From a virus: a stretch of 45,744 nt of DNA. Position numbers and translations under genes: made by a program. This document shows positions 25,351 to 33,604 of the stretch, piece by piece; the first letter of the stretch is position 1, and every line of letters begins with the position of its first letter. The stretch lies in IMG/VR virus record IMGVR_UViG_3300005253_002051. The stretch is one strand, 5' to 3'. The notes beneath the pieces were generated by a model. That model searched no databases, was not told where the DNA came from, and saw only the letters and a program-made list of their open reading frames with translations.

Positions 25351-25644
25351 ATGAGTAAATCTAGCTTAACAAAAAAAGGAAAAGCATTAGTCGCTTCAGA
25401 AGAGAGACAGAAAATCGTCGCCGTGCCGATGTCCGAAAAGGAGAAAGCACTGATCGCCTTACAAGAGCGCCAAGCAAATCCGCCAGAGAAGATTGATAAT
25501 AGTTCTCTTTATGCTGGTTCGCCTATGTATTTTTATTGTAAAATATGCGATGGGGCAATTGTATTGCCTGAAAGTTTTACATGTGCTGTTCCAAAACTGT
25601 GTACGGAATGTGATTTTCTAAAAGAAATGGGCTGGCTCGAATAA
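25351..25644 (+). CDS. small Zn-ribbon protein (CKIC...CTEC)
   Basis: ORF track, 97 aa. Two CxxC pairs. Confidence 0.55.
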   Translation: MSKSSLTKKGKALVASEERQKIVAVPMSEKEKALIALQERQANPPEKIDNSSLYAGSPMYFYCKICDGAIVLPESFTCAVPKLCTECDFLKEMGWLE

Positions 25645-25661
25645 CTTATAAGGAGGCTGAT

Positions 25662-25970
25662 ATGTTTGATCAGGTTGCTTCTGAGTTACAAGAATGGAAA
25701 TGTAAGCATGGACATCATGACGTTCATGCGCGAAGACAATGGGGTCATATTTTTAATCAGCTTGAATATTGGCTAACTGGCGGTATCTGTGTACAGTGCG
25801 GAGAACCGCATCTTTATGTTTCTGATGGCCATGAAACTCTTTCTCCACTAGATCAAGCCCAAGAACTAGCAAAAGAATGGTTTCAAAATGAACAACGACT
25901 TTGGAAGAAAAGAAAATATCAAGCACGAAAAAATGAGGGTAAACTTCTATTCGAACAAATAGAATGTTGA
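25662..25970 (+). CDS. small Cys/His-rich (zinc-finger-like) protein
   Basis: RBS TAAGGAGG. Contains CKHGHHD...CVQCGEPH. Confidence 0.55.
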   Translation: MFDQVASELQEWKCKHGHHDVHARRQWGHIFNQLEYWLTGGICVQCGEPHLYVSDGHETLSPLDQAQELAKEWFQNEQRLWKKRKYQARKNEGKLLFEQIEC

Positions 25971-25980
25971 AAAGGAAAAT

Positions 25981-26283
25981 ATGAAAAACTATAAATCCGG
26001 AGACAAAATTACGATCTTAATAAACGGACAGTCATACGAAACTTACATCGACGAGCATGGAGTTCAAAGATTTCCTACTAACACCGTGCTCGATTATCTT
26101 TTTAATGTGGGCAGACTTGATTTAAATCAACTATGTATTGATTACCAGAACGGTAAGTTTGATAAAGACGACTATATGAAACTGAATATGGATCTTGGTT
26201 ATTCAATTTGCGGTTTTGCAGACCTATCTTCGTTCGAAGACTATGAAATAATAAATCCAGTATGGAATGAAGATGACGCTTAA
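25981..26283 (+). CDS. hypothetical protein (100 aa)
   Basis: ORF track. RBS AAAGGAAAA. Confidence 0.5.
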   Translation: MKNYKSGDKITILINGQSYETYIDEHGVQRFPTNTVLDYLFNVGRLDLNQLCIDYQNGKFDKDDYMKLNMDLGYSICGFADLSSFEDYEIINPVWNEDDA

Positions 26284-26764
26284 AGATTTAAAAATTTGGT
26301 GGACATTAATTTATGTCGCGTCAATTGTAATAGTAAACTATGCGTTTAGTGTTTTGCCGATATTGCCACTTGGAGAAGGTATCGTTATTCCAAGTGCAAC
26401 ATTTTTAGTTGGCTTGATTTTTGTGTTTCGCGATTTTGCTCAGAGGGAAGTTGGGCATTATGTTATCTTAGCAATGTTGCTGGCTGGTGCATTAAGCTAT
26501 GTCTTAGCAGATCCAACTATTGCTATCGCAAGCGTTACGGCATTTCTTGTTAGTGAGTTTGCAGATTGGGGTGTTTATTCGTTTACGGGACGTCCATTTC
26601 CGCAACGTGTATTGTTATCGAGCGTACTTGCAACCCCAATTGATAGCGCATTGTTTCTATATATGATTGGATTTTTCTCTATACAGGGTGTTATAATAAT
26701 GACACTGGTTAAGATGGTAGGCGCATTAGCAGTTTGGTGGATGATCAGAAAAAGGATGAGCTAA
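26267..26764 (+). CDS. membrane transporter, VUT/YhhQ (queuosine-precursor transporter, DUF165)-like
   Basis: Six predicted TM helices. AFLVSEFADWGVYSF and ATPIDSALFLYMIGF resemble conserved YhhQ-family blocks. Based on recall only. Confidence 0.4.
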   Translation: MKMTLKDLKIWWTLIYVASIVIVNYAFSVLPILPLGEGIVIPSATFLVGLIFVFRDFAQREVGHYVILAMLLAGALSYVLADPTIAIASVTAFLVSEFADWGVYSFTGRPFPQRVLLSSVLATPIDSALFLYMIGFFSIQGVIIMTLVKMVGALAVWWMIRKRMS

Positions 26765-26765
26765 T

Positions 26766-28289
26766 ATGAAAGAAAAAGTAGATTATCTTTTAAAAAGCAT
26801 GGGCGTTGTTCCATCTTCGTTTGAAGGAAACCGGCTCGTTTACACTCCGATTAATGGCACGGAGATCGGTTCAGTTCAAGACACTATCTCTTCTGTAAAA
26901 GAGATGTTGCCGACTATTAAACAGTCAACAGAAGCATTTAATGAGTGGAAAAATGTTCCAGGTCCACAACGTGGTGAGTTAATAAGACTTTTCGCTGAAC
27001 AGCTTCGTATATATAAACAGCCACTTGGAGAGCTTGTCACAATTGAGAACGGTAAAATTCTTCAAGAAGGACTCGGCGAAGTTCAGGAGATGATTGATAT
27101 CTGTGATTTTGCTGTAGGACTGTCGCGTCAACTATATGGTCTAACAATTGCTTCTGAGCGTCCTGGACATAAACTAATGGAAACATGGCACCCACTAGGT
27201 CCTGTCGCTGTTATCACTGCTTTCAACTTTCCTGTTGCTGTTTGGTCTTGGAACTTTGCGTTGGCAATAGTTTGTGGGGACAGTGTTATCTGGAAGCCAA
27301 GTGAAAAAACTCCTCTCACAGCGTTAGCTTGTCAGCAACTATTCTTGAATGCTGTGGACAATTTTGATGAAAAGTTTGATGACGTTCCTGAAAATCTGTC
27401 ACAAGTGGTTTTCGGTGGCTCGCAAGCTGGCGCCGCACTTGCTGAAAGCGATAAAATTAAGCTCGTGAGTGCTACAGGCAGCACACAGATGGGTCAGTTT
27501 ATTGCTCCCTATGTTGCAAGTCGTCTGGGACGTTATCTTCTGGAGCTGGGTGGCAATAATGGTATGATAGTCACACCATCTGCAGATTTGGATATGGCAC
27601 TTAAAGCTATCGTCTTTAGTGCTGTTGGAACTGCTGGACAACGTTGCACTACATTAAGGCGTGTTATTGTTCACGAAGATATTCATGATGATCTTGTGCG
27701 AAAACTTAAGAAGGCATACAATACAATCTCTATCGGAAATCCGCTTGATGAAAAAAATCTAGTTGGTCCATTGATTGATGGATCTGCGTTTGGTGATATG
27801 GAGCTTTCGTTATCCGTAGCTGCCAATGAAGGCGGAACTGTGTTTGGCGGTGAGCGCGTATTAGAAGATAAATTTTCTTCGTATGGATACTATGTAAAGC
27901 CGGCAATTGTTGAAATGCCAGAACAGTCAGCTATTGTCAAACGTGAGACATTTGCTCCTATTCTTTATGTAATGAAATACAGTGATTTTGATGATGCTCT
28001 AGAAATGCACAATGATGTCCCACAAGGATTAAGTTCTTGTATTTTTAGCACCGATATTAGAGAGACAGAAAAATTCCTATCGACAAGTGACTGTGGACTT
28101 GCTAATGTAAACATCGGACCAAGTGGCGCAGAAATAGGAGGCGCGTTTGGTGGAGAAAAAGAAACAGGTGGTGGTCGCGAAAGCGGAAGCGATGCTTGGA
28201 AGAGCTACATGCGTCGTGCTACTAACACGATAAACTATTCTACAGAGTTGCCATTGGCCCAAGGTATTAAATTTGATGTAGGAGATTGA
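26766..28289 (+). CDS. aldehyde dehydrogenase, ALDH7 (antiquitin / piperideine-6-carboxylate dehydrogenase) type
   Basis: Long near-identical blocks to ALDH7A1: EVQEMIDICDFAVGLSRQLYG, ITAFNFPVAVWSWN, LELGGNN, VGTAGQRCTT, ETFAPILYV and VNIGPSGAEIGGAFGGEKETGGGRESGSDAWKSYMRRATNTINYS. Confidence 0.9.
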   Translation: MKEKVDYLLKSMGVVPSSFEGNRLVYTPINGTEIGSVQDTISSVKEMLPTIKQSTEAFNEWKNVPGPQRGELIRLFAEQLRIYKQPLGELVTIENGKILQEGLGEVQEMIDICDFAVGLSRQLYGLTIASERPGHKLMETWHPLGPVAVITAFNFPVAVWSWNFALAIVCGDSVIWKPSEKTPLTALACQQLFLNAVDNFDEKFDDVPENLSQVVFGGSQAGAALAESDKIKLVSATGSTQMGQFIAPYVASRLGRYLLELGGNNGMIVTPSADLDMALKAIVFSAVGTAGQRCTTLRRVIVHEDIHDDLVRKLKKAYNTISIGNPLDEKNLVGPLIDGSAFGDMELSLSVAANEGGTVFGGERVLEDKFSSYGYYVKPAIVEMPEQSAIVKRETFAPILYVMKYSDFDDALEMHNDVPQGLSSCIFSTDIRETEKFLSTSDCGLANVNIGPSGAEIGGAFGGEKETGGGRESGSDAWKSYMRRATNTINYSTELPLAQGIKFDVGD

Positions 28290-28290
28290 T

Positions 28291-28533
28291 ATGTCAAATA
28301 TGCTTGACAAGATAAAAGAGACTGGTGTTGATGTTGACTTTATTATGTCCTTGCCATCGGTTACAGTAAGTGTTCTGGTGATCCTCTTTGTGATGGTTAT
28401 AGGTGTGTTAAGCAATAACTGGATTGAGTTTGCTACATGTTTAAGTGTCGTGATTGGGTGGATGCTTGGAGTATTTTTTGGTTTTAAGATACTCCTAATT
28501 AAAATAGAGGAGATAGATAAGGATGAAGGATAG
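28291..28533 (+). CDS. small membrane protein (80 aa)
   Basis: ORF track. The start ATGA overlaps the ALDH stop. Confidence 0.5.
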   Translation: MSNMLDKIKETGVDVDFIMSLPSVTVSVLVILFVMVIGVLSNNWIEFATCLSVVIGWMLGVFFGFKILLIKIEEIDKDEG

Positions 28534-28771
28534 GACTAAAGATTGGTTTGGAAACTTTATGATTAAGATGCTCGATGGCACAACCAAGCATCCAATTATT
28601 TCGATTATTATGTTGATTGTTTTCGTTATCCTGTTAGGATATGGTGGATGGCATCTTAAGCGTTGGGTTAATTGGGAGCTTGCTTATGGTGATGACGTAA
28701 AGCTTGCTGTCTGTGAGATGGTTAAGCCCGAGGCATTGAAAGATCCATCGGTGTGTGAAAATGATGAATAA
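28523..28771 (+). CDS. small membrane protein (82 aa, one TM)
   Basis: ORF track. RBS GGAGATAGATAAGG. Confidence 0.5.
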   Translation: MKDRTKDWFGNFMIKMLDGTTKHPIISIIMLIVFVILLGYGGWHLKRWVNWELAYGDDVKLAVCEMVKPEALKDPSVCENDE

Positions 28772-28881
28772 ATTTATGGAGATAGCAAAAGAAGAAGCTA
28801 TTTGGTCTGTTAAGATGTATTTTGAGCCAGTTACAGCGACGTTTCGATTTGTGAAGAAGCTAGTGAAGGGTAAGAGATAAA

Positions 28882-28955
28882 GCCCGGTTAGTTCAATGAT
28901 AGAACCGGACGCTCATAACGTTCTTATGGGGGTTTGATTCCCTCACCGGGTACCA
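28882..28955 (+). tRNA. tRNA-Met (anticodon CAU; initiator, elongator or Ile-lysidine type cannot be resolved by eye), CCA encoded
   Basis: The acceptor stem gcccggt/accgggt has a G-U first pair. D-stem gttc/gaac. Anticodon stem ggacg/cgttc carries the loop ctcataa (CAT). T-stem ggggg/ccctc. Discriminator A. Confidence 0.75.
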
Positions 28956-28988
28956 TTCTTTGACAGCTTTCTGGAGAGGTCAATAAAG

Positions 28989-29144
28989 ATGAAAAACCTA
29001 CTTTCTAAAATTGATACACTTAATGGATCAGTTATTGCCATTAGTAGTGTTCTATTTTTAATTGGGTTTGGAATAATTGTACCGGTTTTAGCACTAGTAA
29101 TATATTCTGTTCGTGATTACAGACGATTTGAGACTCAAAAATGA
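28989..29144 (+). CDS. small membrane protein (52 aa)
   Basis: ATG at 28989 gives MKNLLSKIDTLNGSVIAISSVLFLIGFGIIVPVLALVIYSV. The stop overlaps the next start (ATGA). Confidence 0.4.
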   Translation: MKNLLSKIDTLNGSVIAISSVLFLIGFGIIVPVLALVIYSVRDYRRFETQK

Positions 29145-29338
29145 AAAATTTACAAATGAAACTCGATACAGTTGGTTCAATATTTTTTTGTATCGGTACA
29201 TTTGTGTTTGCTTTTAATTTCTCCCCAATCAACCTTAGTTGGATAGGATACAGTAGCGCATTTTTAGCAATATTCGGCGCGATTATAGTTATTACAAGCG
29301 GTAGAATAACACGCTTCATTAAAGGAAAAGAAGAATGA
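29141..29338 (+). CDS. small membrane protein (65 aa, 2 TM)
   Basis: ORF track. Translationally coupled. Confidence 0.5.
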   Translation: MKNLQMKLDTVGSIFFCIGTFVFAFNFSPINLSWIGYSSAFLAIFGAIIVITSGRITRFIKGKEE

Positions 29339-29550
29339 GAATTTTTGTAAGATTTTTAATTGGCCTATGGGCTATTATATTTATCGGCAACGCTGGATTT
29401 TTTGTTTATAACTTAGTGGTTAGTGCTTGGGGGCCTTCCTTTGTTCTGTTCTTCGTTGTAAACTTTTTTCTAGCTATTTTTGCCGCAAGCATCTTAAATT
29501 TATCAAAGACACTGAAAGGAAAAAACAATGAAGAAAGCAGTAGTGGTTAG
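29335..29550 (+). CDS. small membrane protein (71 aa, 2 TM)
   Basis: ORF track. ATGA overlap with the previous gene. Confidence 0.5.
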   Translation: MRIFVRFLIGLWAIIFIGNAGFFVYNLVVSAWGPSFVLFFVVNFFLAIFAASILNLSKTLKGKNNEESSSG

Positions 29551-29728
29551 TTTTGCGTTGTTAGTTCTTCTAGCAGCTTGTTATCACAAAGATGAAGATG
29601 GTCGCAATAGCAACGACCGTTACTATTCCATGGATCCACAAACAGAATTATGCTTTGCCAACTCCGGAAGCCACCAGCTAGCGCATGTTCCCTGCACGGA
29701 CAAAGTGAAAGAGATGATAAACAAATGA
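29528..29728 (+). CDS. small lipoprotein (lipobox LAAC)
   Basis: ORF track. Begins MKKAVVVSFALLVLLAACYHK. The stop overlaps the rpiB start (ATGA). Confidence 0.5.
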   Translation: MKKAVVVSFALLVLLAACYHKDEDGRNSNDRYYSMDPQTELCFANSGSHQLAHVPCTDKVKEMINK

Positions 29729-30156
29729 GACATATTGGAATTGCTTGTGATCATGCTGGTTATGATTTAAAAAAGGCCATTATTGAGTTTCTTAGTGTGA
29801 ACGGTTTATCTGTTAGGGATTTTGGGACACATAGTAGAAGATCCTGTGATTATCCAACATATGCTAAAAAAGTAGCCGAATTTGTTAACGATGATCCTGA
29901 TAACATAGGCATTTTGGTTTGCGGAACTGGTATAGGAATGAGTATAACTGCTAACAGATATCTTAATGTTAGAGCTACATTGTGCCATTCAAATTATGAC
30001 GCCAAAATGTCAAGAAAACACATAGATGCTAATATAATATGTCTTGGTTCTAGAACAACTACACCAGAACTTGCCCGCGAATTTGTTGATGTTTTCTTAA
30101 GCACAGCATTCGAAGGCGGGAGACATAAAAAACGGGTAGATCAAATAAATCCTTAA
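29725..30156 (+). CDS. rpiB: ribose-5-phosphate isomerase B (RpiB/LacAB family)
   Basis: ATG at 29725 gives MRHIGIACDHAGYDLKKAI...CDYPTYAKKVA...GILVCGTGIGMSITANR...FEGGRHKKRVDQI. The longer 29650 start in the ORF track lies inside the preceding gene. Confidence 0.85.
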   Translation: MRHIGIACDHAGYDLKKAIIEFLSVNGLSVRDFGTHSRRSCDYPTYAKKVAEFVNDDPDNIGILVCGTGIGMSITANRYLNVRATLCHSNYDAKMSRKHIDANIICLGSRTTTPELAREFVDVFLSTAFEGGRHKKRVDQINP

Positions 30157-30204
30157 CTTTCTTAACCATTTTATTAAAATTTTAACCATTTTTAAATTTA
30201 TCGC

Positions 30205-30232
30205 TTGACAAATTTTTTATTCCTGTTATATT
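30205..30232 (+). promoter_or_regulatory. sigma70-type promoter (TTGACA-N16-TATATT) for the flp pilin gene
   Basis: TTGACA at 30205-30210 and TATATT at 30227-30232. The direct repeat TTAACCATTTT occurs twice upstream (30162-30172 and 30182-30192), 20 nt apart. Confidence 0.5.
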
Positions 30233-30249
30233 GATCATACACATGGACA

Positions 30250-30273
30250 TTAACGTCGTTAACGTCTTAACGT
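30250..30273 (+). promoter_or_regulatory. three tandem direct repeats TTAACGTC / TTAACGTC / TTAACGT in the flp 5' leader (candidate operator)
   Basis: Sequence TTAACGTCGTTAACGTCTTAACGTAA lies between the -10 element and the RBS AAGGGAGAC. Confidence 0.4.
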
Positions 30274-30294
30274 AAATCAGAAAGGGAGACCATT

Positions 30295-30492
30295 ATGCGT
30301 AAATTTATGACCAGACTCTGGAACGACGAGAGCGGCATTTCGTCTGTTGAGTATGCGCTGCTTCTAGCGTTCGTTGCGGCTGGCATTATCATTGGCGCCG
30401 AGGTGCTCAGTGAGGCCGTACAGGCCGAGATGGAAAGCACTGCCGAATGTATCAGCGACTCTGCTACCTGTGGTGCCGTAACCGGCGAGTAA
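30295..30492 (+). CDS. flp: Flp/Fap family type IVb prepilin
   Basis: Flp motif WNDESG|ISSVEYALLLAFVAAGIIIGAEV, with the processing site after the Gly. The protein is 65 aa. GC is much higher than in neighbouring genes. Confidence 0.8.
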   Translation: MRKFMTRLWNDESGISSVEYALLLAFVAAGIIIGAEVLSEAVQAEMESTAECISDSATCGAVTGE

Positions 30493-30510
30493 TCCGGTGA
30501 TCAATAATGG

Positions 30511-30549
30511 TTGACTCGGGTGCTATCGTTTTAATAGTAGCCGAGTCAA
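30511..30549 (+). terminator. long imperfect hairpin (about 16 bp) immediately after the flp gene (attenuator or partial terminator)
   Basis: TTGACTCGGGTGCTAT-cgtttta-ATAGTAGCCGAGTCAA with one mismatch and one G-U pair. A weak T-run follows. Confidence 0.5.
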
Positions 30550-30585
30550 TCATCGTTCTTAACTTCATGACGGAGGTGGTATGTT

Positions 30586-31683
30586 ATGTATAGGAGAAAT
30601 CGTGCGTTTCTAATGCTCGGACTAGCGGGATTGCTGGCTGGCGCCTCGGTGTATATGGCAAGGAATTGGATTCAGGATCAAACCCAATCGCCCGCGTCAG
30701 TGCAAAATGTCAAACAGATCGAAACAACTAAGGTTGTTGTTGCAGCCTCCAAACTCAGTTATGGAATCAAAGTGCAAAGTATGCATCTCCGTATTGTTGA
30801 TTGGCCAGTTAAGGCTGTTCCCGAGGGATCATTTTCAACTGTTGAAGAGATCCTCGGCGAGGGTGATCAACCCGTAAGCCGCGTTGTACTTCGCACTATT
30901 GAAATTAACGAGCCAGTTTTGAAAACCAAGGTTACTGGTTTTGGCGGCCGAGCAAGCCTGTCTACACTTATTGCTCCTGGTATGCGAGCTACTACAATTC
31001 GAGTGAACGATGTCAACGGAGTTGCTGGATTGGTGCTGCCCGGTGATCGTGTTGACATTTTACTTACACGAAGTCGGGATGCTAACGCTAGCAGGCGAAA
31101 CAAGAGTAATCTACAAACTGATATTTTCTTGCAAAATATGAAGGTCCTTGCTGTTGATCAGGATTCTAACGAAGAGAGAAATAAGCCGGCTGTGGTTAAA
31201 GCTGTCACTATTGAAGTGACTCCGACGCAGGCTCAGAAACTAACCCTCGCACAAAAACTCGGTTCTTTGTCGTTGGCGTTGCGTAATGTAAATGCTGTAG
31301 ATGTCGAAGATACGGGTCCTGTTAAGGCGCATGATTTAGGATTTGGTGAGGCAAATTTGGCGCCGACTCCTGTGGTCGAAGCTAGCAAGCCTGCAGAAAC
31401 TGTTAAAGCGCCAATTGTTATTAAGCCAGTAAAAACAGTTTCGCATAGTGTCGTGGTCAAGAAGGCGAAAAGAGCCTATACAGTTAACATTGTGCGCGGC
31501 GTGAAAGCGACCGAATACGAGGTCGAGCAGGAGAAGCCAACTTTTAGTGCTCCGGCGTTTTCTAAGCCTCTTAACTTGATCGCGCCCACGCTAACTATTT
31601 TGACTCCTACGAAACCTACTTTGGGAGTGGTATCTCTTGTGCCATGTAGTAGTGAGTTCACTTCAAACGAAGACTGTATGTAA
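30586..31683 (+). CDS. cpaB: Flp pilus assembly protein CpaB/RcpC-like
   Basis: N-terminal TM RNRAFLMLGLAGLLAGASVYMA is followed by an SAF-like block VVVAASKLSYGIKVQSMHLRIVDWPVKAVPEGSF and an RcpC-like beta domain. RBS GGAGGTG. Confidence 0.65.
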   Translation: MYRRNRAFLMLGLAGLLAGASVYMARNWIQDQTQSPASVQNVKQIETTKVVVAASKLSYGIKVQSMHLRIVDWPVKAVPEGSFSTVEEILGEGDQPVSRVVLRTIEINEPVLKTKVTGFGGRASLSTLIAPGMRATTIRVNDVNGVAGLVLPGDRVDILLTRSRDANASRRNKSNLQTDIFLQNMKVLAVDQDSNEERNKPAVVKAVTIEVTPTQAQKLTLAQKLGSLSLALRNVNAVDVEDTGPVKAHDLGFGEANLAPTPVVEASKPAETVKAPIVIKPVKTVSHSVVVKKAKRAYTVNIVRGVKATEYEVEQEKPTFSAPAFSKPLNLIAPTLTILTPTKPTLGVVSLVPCSSEFTSNEDCM

Positions 31684-31700
31684 AATAAGGGAGATTTCAA

Positions 31701-33458
31701 ATGCTGATATCATTTATTTTTGCTGTTATCTTTGCGGGTATTAGCTTTGCTTGTATCCGCGGAAGCACCGGCATTTTTACTGCTGTGCTAACAGGCATCG
31801 TGACTTATCTGTTAGTCTATTTCGGACTGCCAACACTTTCCTATGGATTCTACGGGATTCCTTTCTTTGCCGCGCTCTTAGGTGGTAGTATTATTATCAT
31901 CGGAGGGAACAAGAATAACGATATATCATTTGTATCAGGGCTTAGCATTTTCGTTGTTGGTCTTGTTTTCGTAATGGTTATCCCATTCTTCGCAACTCCT
32001 GTTATGATGGGCAATGCAGAAGCCTATCGCGCTATTCTAAGTGACGGCGAGGTGGATACGACTGGTGCGTTTGATTCTGATGTCGCCTACATTGATCCTA
32101 CTCAAACCCGAATGGTAGATCAGACACTTGCTGTTAAGCTTGCCGAAACCAAGCTGGGCGAAGATGCAGGGCTTGGAAGTCGAGTTACTATTGGCGCAAT
32201 GCGAATCCAAAATGTCGGCGGTAAACTATTTTGGGTTGGACCTCTTGAGTGGTCTACTCCTGTCAAATGGGCCTTTGGTGACGCAGGAACTCCTGGTTAT
32301 ATGGTAGTAAGTGCTTTCAATCAACGCGACGTTCGTTTGGTTAAGGAAGTTGCTGGTGAGCCATTAAGCCTTGAGATTGGTGAAGGTGCCTACATGTGGG
32401 ATGATCTGGACCGCTACGTTTGGCGTAACGGATATGCTTCTACGCCATATGCCGATTTCACTTTCGAAGTCAACGATGAGTGGCGTCCGTATTGGGTAAT
32501 CACACGGTATGAGAGGACAGTTGGATATTCCGGCAATGTTGCTAACGGCGTGATTGTTGTTGATCCGCAAACTCGAGAAATCGAGTCTTACGATATGGAT
32601 AAGGTTCCGGAATGGATTGACCGGGTGCAGCCCGAGTCGTTTATTGCCGAACAGGTTGACGATTGGGGCAAATGGGTTCATGGTTTTTGGGGCAACTTCG
32701 AAGGCCTTGATAAACTGAAGCACACTCCCGGCCAAGGCCAAGACAGCGGCTTGAGTCTTGTTTATGGCAGTGATGGTCGCGCCAAATGGTATACTGGCAT
32801 CCAGAGCGACGGCGCGGATCAAGGCACAACTGGCTTCATGTTGGTTGATACCCGCACCGGCAAGGCAAAGTATTACAGGCAGTCCGGTATCACGGAGCAG
32901 GCATGTCAGCGGAATATTGCTGGTCTGATTGCCGAGAAGACTGGTTGGTCTGTCACAAACTGTATCCTTTATAACGTCGCCGGGCATCCGACCTACATTG
33001 CGATCATTAAGGATGCTGACGGCAATCCGAAGCAGATTGGTGTGGCGAGCGTCGTTAACCGTGATGTTGTCGTAAGTCATAACCTTATCAAAGGCGCGCT
33101 TAGGGCTTTCCGTGCTAACCTCCGCAGCAAAGGCAATGTTGCTGGAACTGACTCTAACGTGGATGTTTTAACTGCTACGGGCATTGTTATGCGATTTGGT
33201 TCAGAAGTGCTCGAAGGGAATACTTATTTCTATGTCGTTATTGATACCGAGCCGCATAAGGTGTTTATGTCAGCACCCGGTCTCAACTCGGCAGAATTGC
33301 CTGTGACTTTGCCTGGTGATCGTGTCACAATTCACTATGACGATGCTGGACGTTCTATTGTCGATATGACTAGTTACGACAACCAGAGACTTACGTTTCA
33401 GCGATCCGAAACTGAGGTAGAGGTAGAGATTCAGCGTGAAGAGGTTCCTAAGCAGTAA
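31701..33458 (+). CDS. large membrane-anchored protein (4 N-terminal TM helices plus about 450-aa beta-rich extracytoplasmic domain), unknown function
   Basis: ORF track, 585 aa. RBS AAGGGAGAT. GC-rich like flp and cpaB. It occupies the position where cpaC/E/F would be expected but carries none of their motifs. Confidence 0.6.
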   Translation: MLISFIFAVIFAGISFACIRGSTGIFTAVLTGIVTYLLVYFGLPTLSYGFYGIPFFAALLGGSIIIIGGNKNNDISFVSGLSIFVVGLVFVMVIPFFATPVMMGNAEAYRAILSDGEVDTTGAFDSDVAYIDPTQTRMVDQTLAVKLAETKLGEDAGLGSRVTIGAMRIQNVGGKLFWVGPLEWSTPVKWAFGDAGTPGYMVVSAFNQRDVRLVKEVAGEPLSLEIGEGAYMWDDLDRYVWRNGYASTPYADFTFEVNDEWRPYWVITRYERTVGYSGNVANGVIVVDPQTREIESYDMDKVPEWIDRVQPESFIAEQVDDWGKWVHGFWGNFEGLDKLKHTPGQGQDSGLSLVYGSDGRAKWYTGIQSDGADQGTTGFMLVDTRTGKAKYYRQSGITEQACQRNIAGLIAEKTGWSVTNCILYNVAGHPTYIAIIKDADGNPKQIGVASVVNRDVVVSHNLIKGALRAFRANLRSKGNVAGTDSNVDVLTATGIVMRFGSEVLEGNTYFYVVIDTEPHKVFMSAPGLNSAELPVTLPGDRVTIHYDDAGRSIVDMTSYDNQRLTFQRSETEVEVEIQREEVPKQ

Positions 33459-33479
33459 GGGATCTGAGATAGTTGTGAC

Positions 33480-33512
33480 ATGGCGGGGGTAGAAGCCCGC
33501 CATATCATTTTT
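33480..33512 (+). terminator. rho-independent terminator of the flp-cpaB island
   Basis: ATGGCGGG-ggtagaag-CCCGCCAT, then TATCATTTTTG. Confidence 0.7.
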
Positions 33513-33523
33513 GATAAATATTA

Positions 33524-33551
33524 TTGACTTACAAATGTTTTTCTGTATAAT
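33524..33551 (+). promoter_or_regulatory. consensus promoter (TTGACT-N16-TATAAT)
   Basis: TTGACT at 33524-33529 and TATAAT at 33546-33551, upstream of the NADAR gene. Confidence 0.55.
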
Positions 33552-33604
33552 AAGTAAATGTTCTGAATGCTTCTTACAGAATCTTCAAAAATGAGGTTAA
33601 AATA

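Noticed and set aside
28762-28880. Possible 35-39-aa ORF (M(NKF)MEIAKEEAIWSVKMYFEPVTATFRFVKKLVKGKR) ending at the tRNA-Met start
   Set aside because: It has a plausible RBS (TTTATGGAG), but it is very short and I cannot judge its conservation, so it was not listed as a feature.
30250-30273. Possible CRISPR array or mini-satellite from TTAACGT(C) and He_PIG DNA repeats
   Set aside because: Only three 8-bp units with no spacers. The He_PIG repeats are coding domain repeats. No CRISPR-like repeat-spacer architecture or cas genes occur anywhere in the window.
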